Part shown: piece after piece, positions 32,129 to 45,475 of the stretch
How positions within the stretch are numbered: the stretch's first letter is position 1
Layout of the letters: each line of letters starts with the position of its first letter
NCBI RefSeq assembly: GCF_009914755.1
Contig: NC_060928.1
Direction: 5' to 3' (one strand)
Length of the DNA stretch: 64,000 nt
DNA from: the human T2T-CHM13v2.0 reference genome, Homo sapiens
Made by a program: the position numbers and the translations under genes
The notes under the pieces: generated by a model
Told to the model about the DNA's origin: nothing
The model's database searches: none
Seen by the model: only the letters and a program-made list of their open reading frames with translations

Positions 32129-34789
32129 AAAGTATTCTTTCAGAGTGCCAAAGCTCACTGATGATGATGAAAAGAAGTTACATTTCTAAAACCAGTGCAT
32201 TGAGAAGAGGTATTTACACTAATCATTTTTTGTTTCTTGTTTATCAAAAGGTTGCCGATGAAATTTTACTCAAGATAAATATTTATCTAAACTTGGAAAT
32301 TAATACAGAAAATGTATATGACTCCACTAAATAGCTAATAATGCCTATATGGGGAGGGGAGACAACTAAGTACCCAAGTTCTGTTTATAGATTCTTTGAA
32401 AAAAAATATATTTTTTGGTAATTTAAATGATTAAATTTTGCATATTCTGCATTTCACTTCAGGAAACCAGACTGAGTCAACACTTTTGCCAACTTATATA
32501 CCTAATTAAGAGATTATTTTATTGAAACTAAGAAATGTTATCAAAAAGCATTCTATTTCATGAATTTGTTATTTTCCACTGAAACAGTTCATGATATACA
32601 CAGTGAGCAAATATGTCCTATAAGAATATATGCATATATATAGTTATAAACATGCTATATGCACATTCATATATATATACACACTCTCCTAAAACAGTCA
32701 GTGGGATAGTAGTAAAAATGGCATGTTCATGAGATGGATTATTCTAGTAAAAATTTATCTTTCAAATATGTATAAACTGAAGTTAATTACTTCCATTAAT
32801 TTAAATGGAATATGATGGTATTTTAAAGACGCCCTGAAAGGTAAAGGCCAAAGATAATAATAATGAAAGATAATATAAAGAGCGGAAAAGACTAGTGGTA
32901 TTCTTTTCCAGCTTTGTTGCATCAGAATCGCCCTAAAGAAACTATAACAAATTTCAGATCTTATAGAAATAAAAGGTAAACAATGGGTTTACAGTTTTTA
33001 AACATTTTTATATTTTCTACTCTGTCACTTTAATATATAAAAGGAAATGAATAGAAATACATGGGCATTTTATACATGATAGGACTGACTCAATTAGGCT
33101 ACAATAAAGGGTTATTTTTTCTAAAGCCCCTAAAATCTGTTACAAAGTTCAGCTATATGGCACAAAATATTTGGATGGAAACTAAAAACTAAATTTAAAA
33201 ATGTAGCCCTTTTTCAAAACAATGATTTTTGGGGTAATAATATTGAGTAGCCCAGGCTATCAATATACATATATTTTAATGATTTTTTTTAAGAATGCAG
33301 TCATTAGCAGCATAATTCTAGGTACTGAAGACACTTGAAGCATCAAATCAATTGAGTGAAGGTTCCAATCTGCACTGAAAGACCCACTAGTGGTTACACT
33401 TCGCAACTGTGATGGGAACATAATGGCAGTGTGATGCAGAATCTCTACCATCCAGATGCTTATTATATTTGAAGATGACATGGTTTAAGAGTGCCAAGCA
33501 CTGGGTGATTTGTTAACATAATGGAGTACAAAGCCATCCTTGAGAAGGTTGTAATCATTTAAGAAGCCACCATTAAAAAGGGCAAGGCCAGTGTGAGCCT
33601 GAAAATTCACAAGCAGGACTGAAAGGCACGAGCATAAATTTAGAAATTAGAGATGTAAACAAGAGGTAGAGCCCAAAGCCTTTGCCTTTGACGTTATCAG
33701 GATTCTCGGGTCCCTTTTAAATGAACTTGTGCAACCTGTCTTCTCTGATATTTTTGTGGGTTTTGCTGTAGATTTAAAAAATTGGAGGATTGAGATAGTG
33801 TTCTGTCAGACTGAATATTCTTGAGAAAGCAATCGCCGTCAATCATTTCAAAAAAACGAAATTACATCTGCACAACTGACAAAAGTCCTCTCAATATACT
33901 GAAAAATATTTATGTTGCTTATTTCAACAAGACATAAAAACTTTGCTACATACTACCATCTGCCCTTTGGCCATTGCTCCCTGGCTACTTCCCTCTCCAA
34001 AGGATACTTTTGAGTCAGCATCTCTCCTTTTTCTCAAGAAAGGGAGCCTAAATTTTACGAATGATAATATTTTACGTTACTATAGAATCTTTATTATCTT
34101 ACCATTCCCAGGAGCTCTTTCTTATCAGGATAATATTGTAACCAATTCTATTATGTCATATTTACGTGTGCAAAATTAAGGAGTTTTTGCAGTATTTCCA
34201 TTGAAAAGTCAACACATTCTTGAATTTTTTGTTTCTGGCTGAATGTAGGTAGTAGAGGAGGAGAACCGCCCAAAAAGAAAATGTTTGTTTACTTCTGACT
34301 TAACATTTTATTTTTTATATGTAACTATAGGAATGAAGTCTTTATGAATAGGAATTAGTTAAAGTCAATTCAATTTTGTAAATTTTGTTTTAGTAAAAAA
34401 TTACATCCATCGGCAAAAATTTAATTTAATTTCATCTCCGTGTAATAAGAAAGCTTAAAAGTTTAAAAACAAATGGTGGATGTACTTGACGAGTGTTACT
34501 AGGATTCTTCAACCGCTGTATACACACTTTTATGTCTGCTTGCTGGTGAGGAGAGACTGCCTTCTGAAGGTTAACATAACCTCGATTACAGCCAAGAAGC
34601 TCCTTGGAGATTTAATTGGTTTGTGGAACTACTCCAAAACTAGTGCTGCGCTTTCTTCTTTCTTTGCCTTTCTGCTTCTCTAACTCTCTCTTTTCAAATC
34701 AAAAAGGAGAACGCATGGTAATGCATCATTTATAAATTACCTTGTTACTGCGAAAAACAAAACACTGCTTTGAAAACCAAACAAACTCC

Positions 34790-35570
34790 TGCTGCGGACT
34801 CCGGCATGTTTGATGGAGGCCTTTCAAAAGAGTCCACGGCTTAATGGAGGTTGTTTATGTGGAGACTTCGATCTGTACCTGCTGTCCCCTGTCACTCCCT
34901 GGAAACTTGGCGGCAGATGTTGCAGCGTTAAGTTGTCTCTGAAGTGGCTTTCTGTCCTCGTCTCCCCTCCGCAACGGAGTCAAACTACATTAGATCTCTT
35001 ATTTGTGCCTAAGGCAAGTTTGGGAGCGCAGCTGTGTCCACCCCGACTCCTACCTTTGGTGTTTCAGGCCTCCAGGCAGCGAGAGTGAGACCAAAACGGT
35101 TTTGCCGCTCTCAACTACCTCCGCTGACAATCCGGCCGCTAGCTGCGGGCTGGGGAGGCCGCTGCCGCCGCTGCAAACAGATGTCAGCGACAACCTGCTA
35201 GCTTACACCTGGACGCGCGGCCCTCACCTCGCGCGCCGCGCTGAAACATTCATGACTCGGAGGACTTCCCGCCGCAATCAAAGCCCGGGCCCGGCGTGCG
35301 GCCCGCGGACCCCGCCACCTCTGCGGAAGCTGGCGCGCGGAAGAGAGCGCGAGAGAGGGCCCGAGCGGGAGACTGCTCGCCCGCTTTGATACTTTCTGCC
35401 TGAACTTCAATTACTTGATCAAGGACTTCAATTCAGCAGTGAATTCTTCCACAAACGTGCCCGGTGCGGCCTCCGAGCCATAAAAGGGGCGCATTTGGCT
35501 GGAAATTCACCGTGACGGGACTCACAGAGTAAATGCGCGTGACTCTGGGTTGAGTTCTAGGAACGCTGAT
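34790..35570. promoter_or_regulatory. Intragenic CpG island / candidate enhancer or alternative promoter
   Basis: Abrupt GC- and CpG-rich block (core ~35100-35540) in AT-rich intron, with no recognisable repeat consensus. Contains TCF/LEF motifs (35277-35283, 35384-35390), E-boxes and CCATAAAA (35478-35485). Confidence 0.85.
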
Positions 35571-36508
35571 TTGTTTATACAACTAAACTTGAGTTTCAAG
35601 CGGCAGAATCTGCAGTAAACAATTATAAATAAATGACAAGATTGTTTTCCTAGGTAGAAAACATGCTGTTGACTAGGCAGAGGTCGTGTTATTTAGAACC
35701 ATTAGCCACAACCTGAAAACAACTGTGTTTTATTGTCTCTCAAGTGGCATGAAGTTTGTTTTGCCTTTTTTTAGAGTCACTATTATCTCCTTTAAAAAAG
35801 GAAGCATTCTCATTTACTTCTTGACAATACACATCAAGTTCCATCCATTTCTAACTAAAAAAATTGTTTAAACTCTTCCTGATTTCTACAGTTTAAAAAT
35901 TGCTTTATAAGCACACACATGGAACTTGTATACCTGTATAAATACTTCATAAGAACCATAATCAAAAGTAAATATTATGCATATATACACACAAAAACCA
36001 TTATGAGCACAGAACACACAGGAAAATAAAATTATTTGCAAGATATATTCACCAATTTACATGTTGATAAGAAAGTTTATTTTAAAAAGAATTGACCTTA
36101 ACAGACAATAACATTTGTTCCAGTGAACTTTTTGCTATGCATAGACAATTCTTTTAGAGGGAATCAGTGTATCTAATCTAAGCTGATACAATGCTATTTA
36201 CAAATTTCCTAATATTCCTAATATCAGATAATTTGTTGAGAACATAGATTTGTTGATATAAAAGTGATATACATTTTCAAAGGGCAATGGACATCTCTTA
36301 AAAATATAAAATCTTTCATGAATTGGTCTCAGTTCAACGTTTTTCATTTAATCAGATTTTGATTGACATTAGGGATGTAAATTTGCAAACAATAGGATTT
36401 CACCCTTGCTTAGAGCCCAATTGTAGGTATATGTGATTATTTAAAGCTAACAAAAGAACTCCAGGACTAATTTTTCTCATTCAATGAATGATTATGCTAG
36501 GACTTAGA

Positions 36509-36533
36509 CACACACACACACACACACACACAC
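36509..36533. repeat. (CA)n microsatellite
   Basis: Direct reading. Confidence 0.95.
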
Positions 36534-37760
36534 TACTCTAAAGACAATTCATTTTCTCCTTTCTTGAAGCAAATATAAATGTAGGTAGATAGACAGTTAT
36601 TTAAAGAACAGCCAGAGAAGTAGAGGATACTACCACTTGGGCATCGTAGTCCCCTAAATTTTAATTTTCTTTAGTACATGTAATTCCATGAGATAAACCA
36701 CATCTACATAAACTAAATTGGTAAAAACCATAAGGTTCAGTAACTTTAATTTTTTACCAACTAACCACAGTAAGTAGAAGGTATTGGTGAGCTATGGATG
36801 TCTTCTCGTGCATAGATAAAGCATTACCAAAGCAGATCATCCCATTTTAATATGATGCATCCAAATTAGCTGTGCCAAATATACTCTAAATTCCTGATAC
36901 TCTTCCTGCCTCTGCGTCATTATTTTCTGAATAGGTAAATTACTGTAAGTTCCCCAAATGAAAGATACTCTAAAGCAAAAAAGAACTGAAATTTAAGAAA
37001 TATTATGTGCTCTTTCTATAAAATAGAAATAAAATTTGTAGGATATTAGAGTCTCAATACAGATTATATCACTGCCCCATGCAAATATGATTTTATTTAA
37101 ACAAATAATGAAATATTACTTTTTGGATAATACTATTTTTATGTTTACATTATTTTAGAGACTTAAAAAAATCACTGAAATATTTACCATGATTAAGTGG
37201 CCTGTGATTGCTGCACATTCTTTTTGGCACAAGTTGCCTTTGTCAATCAAGATATTTACTGTGCTGGTGACTATAAGAATAGGGCGTCCGAAGGCTTCAT
37301 TTGTTCACAAGAAGCCAACTGAAAATTAACATATAAAAATGTATAAACTAGTATAAGAAATTGTCAAAACAAAGTGAAAGCATAGTGGAAATAAATGCAT
37401 TTAAGAAGAAACAAAGATAAAAGAAGAAGGAAGGAAGGAAAAGAGGGAGGGAAAGAGGAAGGTGGGGAGGAAGGGAAGTAAGATAGCACTCTAGAGATGG
37501 TGAAACCAAAATAGTATGGTTTCCTAATACATACTGTAAACTTATAAAAAATGTTGGGGCCCTTCAATTATCCTAATAATGTACAGAAAGCTATTTCACT
37601 AAAGTAGTGGAAGAATTCTTGCTGTGTATTTTTATGATTAAATCTCTGGAAAAATGTAGGTTCAGGTTTATATGTGTGTGGGATAGGGAATTTATATGGG
37701 AGTTAATTTTATGAAATAAAGAAGACCTGGTTGATGATGTGGAGTTGACATAAATTTGGA

Positions 37761-38066
37761 TTTTTTTTTTTTTCCCTCTGTTGTCCAGGCTGGAGGGCAG
37801 TGGTGCGATCTCAGCTCACTACTGCGATCTCAGCTCACTACTGCAACCTTCACCTCCTGGGTTCAGGTGGTTCTTTCAACTCAGCCTCCCGAGTAGCTGG
37901 GACTACAGGTGTGCCCCACCACGCCTGGCTAATTTTTCTATTTTTTGGTAGAGACAGGGTTTCACCATGTTGGCCAGGCTAGTCTCCAACTCCTGGCCTC
38001 AAGTGACCCACCTGTCTTGGCCTCCCAAAGTGCTGGGATTACAGGTGTGAGCCACCACACCTGGCC
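37761..38066 (-). mobile_element. Alu (Jb/S) with an internal 19-nt tandem duplication
   Basis: Poly-T then Alu body; tgcgatctcagctcactac occurs twice (37804-37841). Confidence 0.88.
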
Positions 38067-40192
38067 ACATTCAGGTATTCTTAATAATCTTTGTGAAACA
38101 ATGAAAATGGAAAGCTGGGAAATAAAAATGTGGGGGATGGGGGTGAAGATTTCTCAAGTTGTCTAAAAGGTAAAGGTCATATGCTGATAACTACAGATTT
38201 GACATAAAACCTCAGTCTAAAACAAAATAATAAATATTATAAAAAAGCACTAGCAAGAAACATAAAGGCAAAACGGCAAATCATGCCAAGCTTACCTGAT
38301 TTTCTTGAGTGAAGAATCTGTGGTTGGTTTGGTTGGATGGGTGAATAGATAGATATACATTATACCTTAAATTCAGCAAGGAATTTAACACAATTTATTA
38401 AAAATCCTTGGGAATCATGTAGTAAACTGAGTTTGTACTTTTGGGTAGGTTCCTAGCTTTAACATACTAATGACACTTAACTGTGAAGTGTCCATCTGTG
38501 AGAAAAGGCTCTCATGGGATGCCACACTGAGGTTTCAACAGTGGCTTGAAATAAAAATTTGCAGGTAAGAAAACATCAGAAGTACTAAAGCTAAAAAGAA
38601 TAGGTATGACGATAAAAGATTAACTCAGACTGCATCAGGCACACATAGAATCATAATATGTATCTGATGAAAAAAACAAATCAATTAATTGAATCGACAA
38701 CTGATGTTTACTAAGCCTGAAGTCCCGCACTTAAGTAAAAACAAATTTTAAAAAAGGCATAAATAGCACAGAGTGGAAAAAGTGGGGTTTTAGTTAACCT
38801 CACATAATAAAAGTCAATTATATTTTATCTATATCTCTGAGGTTCAAAATCTTTGAAAACTGAAAGTTTTACCCTACATTTGTCACCAAAATTCATTTGG
38901 AAGCAACAAGTTTTACAATTCATATATATTAATATATAATAGAAAAATGTCTGAATAATATGATTAGGAGATGATGCTTTACATAATATTTGATAAATAG
39001 ATTATATCATATTCCTAAAATCAGAAAAATCCTGAATTTTGAAATAATCTGACCTCAAGAGTTAGAATAAAGGCTTTGGACTTATCTTAGACAAAAGTGT
39101 GAGCATATTGATTAAAAAAAAAAAGAAAAAGGAAGAAAATCTTGGTCAAAATAATGGAAAGGGAAGCATTATTCTTCAAACATGAAAAAATAAATAATTT
39201 AACCTGCTGGGGCAACATGTGAAATATTATAGCATTATAATTTAAGAAGAATGTTAAATTTATTTGATATCTAACAGATTACCTGATATATGTTAGGCAC
39301 TAGGTAAATATTTGTTGAATGAATGATTATAATGCATCATTTTAAAAACTAAACATACCAATTATCTAAACTCACATATTTCTTCTTTTCTATTCCCAGT
39401 GAATCTTTCTGGTTTTCACTTCTGAACCCCAGATTATCTAGCAAACCACGAATCACTGCCTCAGTGACTTTGCTCATGATGCCACATCTATGGAAATGTT
39501 CATTCTACATATCTCCTACCTATATTCAAAGACAGGGCACCTATATTTTTGAAGAAGCTTTCCCTAATCTCTCCTGAGGGAGAGCTAATCTTTATTTTCC
39601 TATGCACTCAAGAGTACCCAGAACACATTCCAGAATAGATCTTATTTTTGTACATGTCTTGTTTCCCAAAGTTCAGGTTTCTTAAGGGCGGAGGCTGCTG
39701 TTTGTTTCTACCCTTTGATATTACTTGATGCCATTGCTTTTACATATTCATAATCCAAAAATTATTGAATTGAATCAAAATTAATAGGAATAATGAAAGA
39801 CTATAAACTAAATTACAATCATGACAGTTAAAAGAAAATATAAAGCATTAGCAAGAGAACTGAGACCACTGTCTGTTTTTATTGGCTAGTATATATTCAA
39901 TGTTAGCTCAATACCCAGCACTTAATAAGGTGAAAATTATTGAACAAATAAACTAGTGTCTAACCTGGGGAATAAAAACTAAGATGATGCATGAAAACAA
40001 TTTTAAAATACATGAAGTTAAAGTCTAGCATGTAGAAGAGGAAGAAGAGTTAGTACATGTTGTTCCAGAACAGAACTCCAGATCACAGATGAATTTAAAA
40101 AGATACAAATGTCATTATGAAGAACCACAGTGATTGGATCATGACAGAGACTGCTTTATAAACCAACTAGTTCTCTCTACTTATGGTCTTAG

Positions 40193-40553
<361 letters not shown>

Positions 40554-40662
40554 CTCAAATTGCATTTAAAAAAAAAATCCCCTGAAGTTGAAGTTCATTA
40601 AGTTTATTCCCTTGTTAAAACAGAGGAATGATCATGTTGACACACAGTGAAAACAATTCTAA

Positions 40663-41219
40663 TGAGGTAGGAGGCAGTACTGGATTCTGGAGGTGAGGCT
40701 TGGACACCAGACCTAATTGATGATTAACTAAAACAGGGATGGGGCAAAAACACTTTCCCATAAGACACACTGACCAGGGTGCCATGTCAGTTTGCCATTG
40801 CCATGGCAACACCCAGAAGTTACCACCACTTTCCATGACAATGACCCGATGACCCGGAAGTTGTCACACCTTTTCTAGAAATGTCTGCATGATCCACCCC
40901 TTAATTTTCATATAATTAAAAGTGGGTATCAATATGACTACAGAACTGCCTCTGAGCTGCTCCTCTGAGCACGATGCCTATAGGGTAGCCCTGCTCCACA
41001 GGGAGTAGTACCTCTGCTGCTGCTATGCACTGTCGCTTCAACAAAAGTTGCTAACACCTCTGGCTTACCCTTGAATTCTTTTCTGGATGAAGCCAGGAAC
41101 CTTCCTGGGCTAAGCTCCAATTTGGGAGCCTTCCTGCCCTGCATCAGATTCCTTCTTAGATGAAGTTAAGAACTCTCCCAGGCTAAGCTTCAATTTTAGG
41201 GCTCACCTGCCCTGTATCA
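40663..41219 (+). mobile_element. ERV1 solo LTR (MER66/MER41-group-like) with duplicated 3' terminus
   Basis: TG...CA termini, 'ccattgccatggcaacacc', 'gacccggaagtt', and 'gggctaagctccaatttggg...ctgccctgcatca' end; flanks ctaa/ctac resemble a 4-bp TSD. Confidence 0.75.
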
Positions 41220-41886
41220 CTACTATTATGAACTGTACTGTCTCTGAACCAAACCTATCCATTGTTACATATGAAAAGGTTTTAATCAATTTTTCTTACA
41301 TCAATACAATGGGAAATAGTACTACTATATTACTGAAATTACAAAACTAGAGTAATTGTAGCCATATTTCCAAAACAAAAATATAGCCTCAGACAGGCTT
41401 CCCTGGTGGGGAAAAAATATATACATATCCATATGTGTGTATGTGTGTGTGTTTATCACTATCACAGATTTTTATAATGCTTTATAACTTTAAAGACACT
41501 TTTACGTAATAGTCAAGAAATTCGATTACATCAACTGTTGAAGGCAGGGAACATATTTATATCTATAAAACAGATTCTGAGGCCTTTGCCCTAGGCCTTA
41601 TTGCTACTAAATGCTACTAAATGCTAGAGAAGGACTTCAGCTACTAACTCCCAGTCTGTTGGAACATTTTGTCTTCAAAGTCAAGGGCTGATGCAATGAT
41701 TGTGCTTATTAAAGTATGTGTACAAATGACCAGAATTGTAAAGAATTTCTTGAAAAGGGAATGGTGTAAAAATGTAGTTTGAAGATGCATTCTAACAATA
41801 GGTAATTTATAGACAATTCTATGTAATAGAAATCTACACTTGACAGTATTTCCTTCCTCAAGTGCAATAGGGCTTTAAAATCATTT

Positions 41887-41892
41887 TTTATT
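41887..41892 (-). terminator. Candidate AATAAA polyadenylation signal for the read-through ANTXR2 isoform
   Basis: TTTATT on + strand about 30 nt past the TGA. Use is not demonstrable from sequence. Confidence 0.35.
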
Positions 41893-41920
41893 ACTATTTC
41901 CCTGCCTCCATTATACTGAC

Positions 41921-42043
<123 letters not shown>

Positions 42044-42255
42044 CTAAGGGAAAATGAGATTTGTGAATTCCCAGAGAATGTACTCAATCTCTATGTACTG
42101 AATAAATGAAGACATAAAACGAAGAAAGTAAAATCTTCTTTACCCTCATTTCTTTCATAAGGTAAACTAATAAGTAATAAAAACCTAGAGGTTCTTATTG
42201 CCAAGAAAGTATTCAGCTGTTAAGAGTGTACAATGAATATCTGCAATTTCATCTA

Positions 42256-42540
<285 letters not shown>

Positions 42541-42924
42541 TTATCAGACATAAAGTGTCCTAGAGGAACAGGCTCTTATTGAGCCTATGGTCCTTTAGTT
42601 CACATCTCAGAGTGAAAAAGAAGATGAGCAGGTATCCTAATTCCTAATTTCTCCTCTTCAGAGGCTAAATAGGTTTCTCACCACTCCTGACTGTATTTAA
42701 TATTAAGATCCAAAAAAAAAAAAACCCTTTGTAAAAAAATCTGGAGCCAACTAAATTTGAAGCAACCATTTTTCCATAGTTTTAAATAAAGAGTCCATTT
42801 GTGGTTTACATATGAAATGCATGACAGTGTGTAATTTTGTTCTCTAATTTGGTTTGTTCCCCTGCTAGCTAAACACATACCCATATGTAGTGATGACACT
42901 GGAAGAAATATATGAAAATGACGA

Positions 42925-43090
42925 TAGTTAGCATTTACTGAGTGATTACTATGTGTCAGTCTGCATTTAATCCATACAAAAATGCAGTGAGATAGAGACT
43001 CTATTTTCTTCTTTCCAGATGAGGCACAGGGAGGTTAAGTGATATGCCCAAAGCCAGCTAGTAAGTGACAGGGCAGGGATTCGAACATGG
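42925..43090 (-). mobile_element. MIR remnant
   Basis: 'agcatttactgagtgattactatgtgtcag...cagatgaggcacagggaggttaagtgatatgcccaaag...ggattcgaac'. Confidence 0.7.
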
Positions 43091-43460
43091 ATTGAAATGG
43101 GTTAATAAGTTTCCAATTGGTTAGAATTTTACAAATGTATTTTATACAAAAGAGTTGCTTCTTCCAAACTTTTCATCACATCTGATTAAGGCAAAAAGTA
43201 TGATCTGAACATTTAGTTTTTGAAAGTAAAATAATTATATATGAGTTTTCTTTACTTTTATAGTTCTAAGTAATATAGTGTTCAGCCTTTAGTTCCCAAG
43301 CTCATCTGAGTATGGTTGTGTGGCATATGATTTTTTTCATTGAGGAGGTCAAATCTGAAAAGACTGCTTTGAAAAGAAAAGTTCAGGAACCCTAGAGAAT
43401 TCCACAAATTATAGCAAATTTCCTCCTCTGAAAATTCTTGACATTGAAAAACCATAAGAT

Positions 43461-43540
43461 CAAATGATTGTTTTATTTTTCAATAGACAGAAATTAAGAG
43501 CAAATGATTGTTGTATTTTTCAATAGACAGAAATTAAGAG
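43461..43540. repeat. 40-bp direct tandem duplication (2 copies, 1 mismatch)
   Basis: caaatgattgtt(t/g)tatttttcaatagacagaaattaagag at 43461-43500 and 43501-43540. Confidence 0.95.
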
Positions 43541-45332
43541 CTAAATTTGAGTCAAACTGGGCATGTAAAAATAGGATGCAGCCCCTGGAGAAGAGCTTGT
43601 CCAACCAGGAGTAGTGGAAAGCCCTACAAAAACCAAGGACATCACCAAAAATGGGCGAGGTCAGAGGAGTGAAGCTCTAAAAACCTATAATAAGAGCTAC
43701 CGAGGGCACACTATGACACATCAGAGTTAAGTGATTTCTAAAAAGAAAAAAAAAAATCCTAAGACTTCCTAAAGCATTTTAATGATCTGAATTAGTGGGT
43801 AGGGATAGAGAAGATTACTATTCATGGAAAGAACTATTCAGTCTTTTTGATAAGGCTTACTTAGATGTTTTTACCTTTTTTTACTACAATTTTAGAATGG
43901 GCTTTCAATTTCAAGTGGGCCCTGTTGAGTCATTAAAATGTATCTATATCTTTCAGTGTGATCAATGATACTAGAATGTTTTTATGAGGTTGTTAAAATT
44001 GTTTTAAACACCACTAAACCTTTAGAGCTAGATAGTTGGCTTTCTTTCCAGAGAAATGACCTTCTCTTTCCAATCACAGTGTCATCACCTGGATAAACTA
44101 ACACTTATAAAATCTTTAGATATAGCTAAATTGTATTAAAAACTCTAAAATCAGGACACATATCCTTGCAGTTGTAAAGGCTCAATTTTAAGGAAAAAAA
44201 AAGATACACAATTAAGTAAAGACACAAATGTCTTAACTTAGAGAAGTCATTCAGGGTAGAAAGAGAAGTAGATACAATTTAGATCCATTCAGAAATGATA
44301 GGCTTTAGAATAGACAGCTCTCTCGCCTATGTTTCACAGTTGATATTGCAGAGGTAATGATAATCATATTCTTCTTTCAAGTTTCACTGGCACTATTCTC
44401 AGATTAAAAAAATATATATATGAAGCTAGTTAAACTAGAGTTCTGACCCAATGTGGCATTTCTAGGTACTACACTATCAAATGACTATACTTGAGAAATA
44501 TAGTTGCTGAGATCTAAAGAAGATCCATTAAAGAAATTCATTAGTTTTAGTTCATGAGGGAGCTATTTAATCATCATCAACATCATCACCACCACAAACA
44601 CCACCACAAACAATTCTCACTTACTCAAAGTCTGAAACTAGAAATTATTACAGTTTTCAAACTCTTAAAAGCAATTAAATATACATATATATGTGTATGT
44701 GTATGTATGCATAAATTTTAATGTTTTAGTTTGACCACATTGAGACAGTTAAAAAGGACAAAAGAATAACAACAATAGACTGCTAAAGGAAGCCTTAGCA
44801 GAATTAATATATCAGGCTTTATTATGGAAAAAAATAAGTGTAAGCTTGATAGCTAAATTCTTCCAACTCCACTTGGCTTTCATTATAAGCAATAAAATTC
44901 CATAATTTCCAGAGCATATTTGGATGACTAGAAGGTTATATCATTGAGGAGCAATTTCAGAATCGAGAAAAGAAACAAAAACAGTTTCACACTGAATTGG
45001 CAGAAACACACATTTGAAGTCATTAGGTATTGTGGATCAGTTGTGCTAACAGCTGTTATTAACATCATCTCCGTTCCAGCTTTCTAAAAATTCCCATTAC
45101 CATAGTGTTTAAATATTTAATTTAAAGAAGAAGGAAGAAAAAAATTCTAGGTAAAAATCCCTATGCTGGCTTAAAATAACCTTAGCTATAAAAATGTGTT
45201 CTGTAATTCACATGTGCTCATAATTTCTATAATTCCTTTTACTTTTCCTAGTTTAAGGGCTTTAAAAAAAAAAAAAAAAAAGAGAAGTACCTTCCAGGTT
45301 TGAATAAGCATGCTTTTAAAACAAATTTTGTT

Positions 45333-45475
45333 TGCACAGTGGCACCTGCCTGTAGCCCCAGCTACATGAGAGAATCGAGAGAATCGCTTGAGCTCAGGGG
45401 TTCAAGACCAGCCAGGGCAACATAATGAGAACTCCCCATCATCCACTCCAGATTTCTTAAAAAATAAATAGATAA
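45333..45475 (+). mobile_element. FLAM-type Alu monomer
   Basis: gtggcacctgcctgtagccccagctac...gcttgagctcaggggttcaagaccagccagggcaacata followed by an A-rich tail. Confidence 0.7.

Noticed and set aside
35003-35410. 128-aa (+) and 70-aa (-) ORFs in the CpG island as novel genes
   Set aside because: The + ORF starts at GTG; both have Arg/Pro/Ala-rich composition typical of stop-poor GC-rich DNA and no recognisable domain.
38830-39090. Possible second MER46/Tigger4-like DNA transposon remnant
   Set aside because: Only a subterminal-like motif is recognisable and TIRs are too degraded to support a call.
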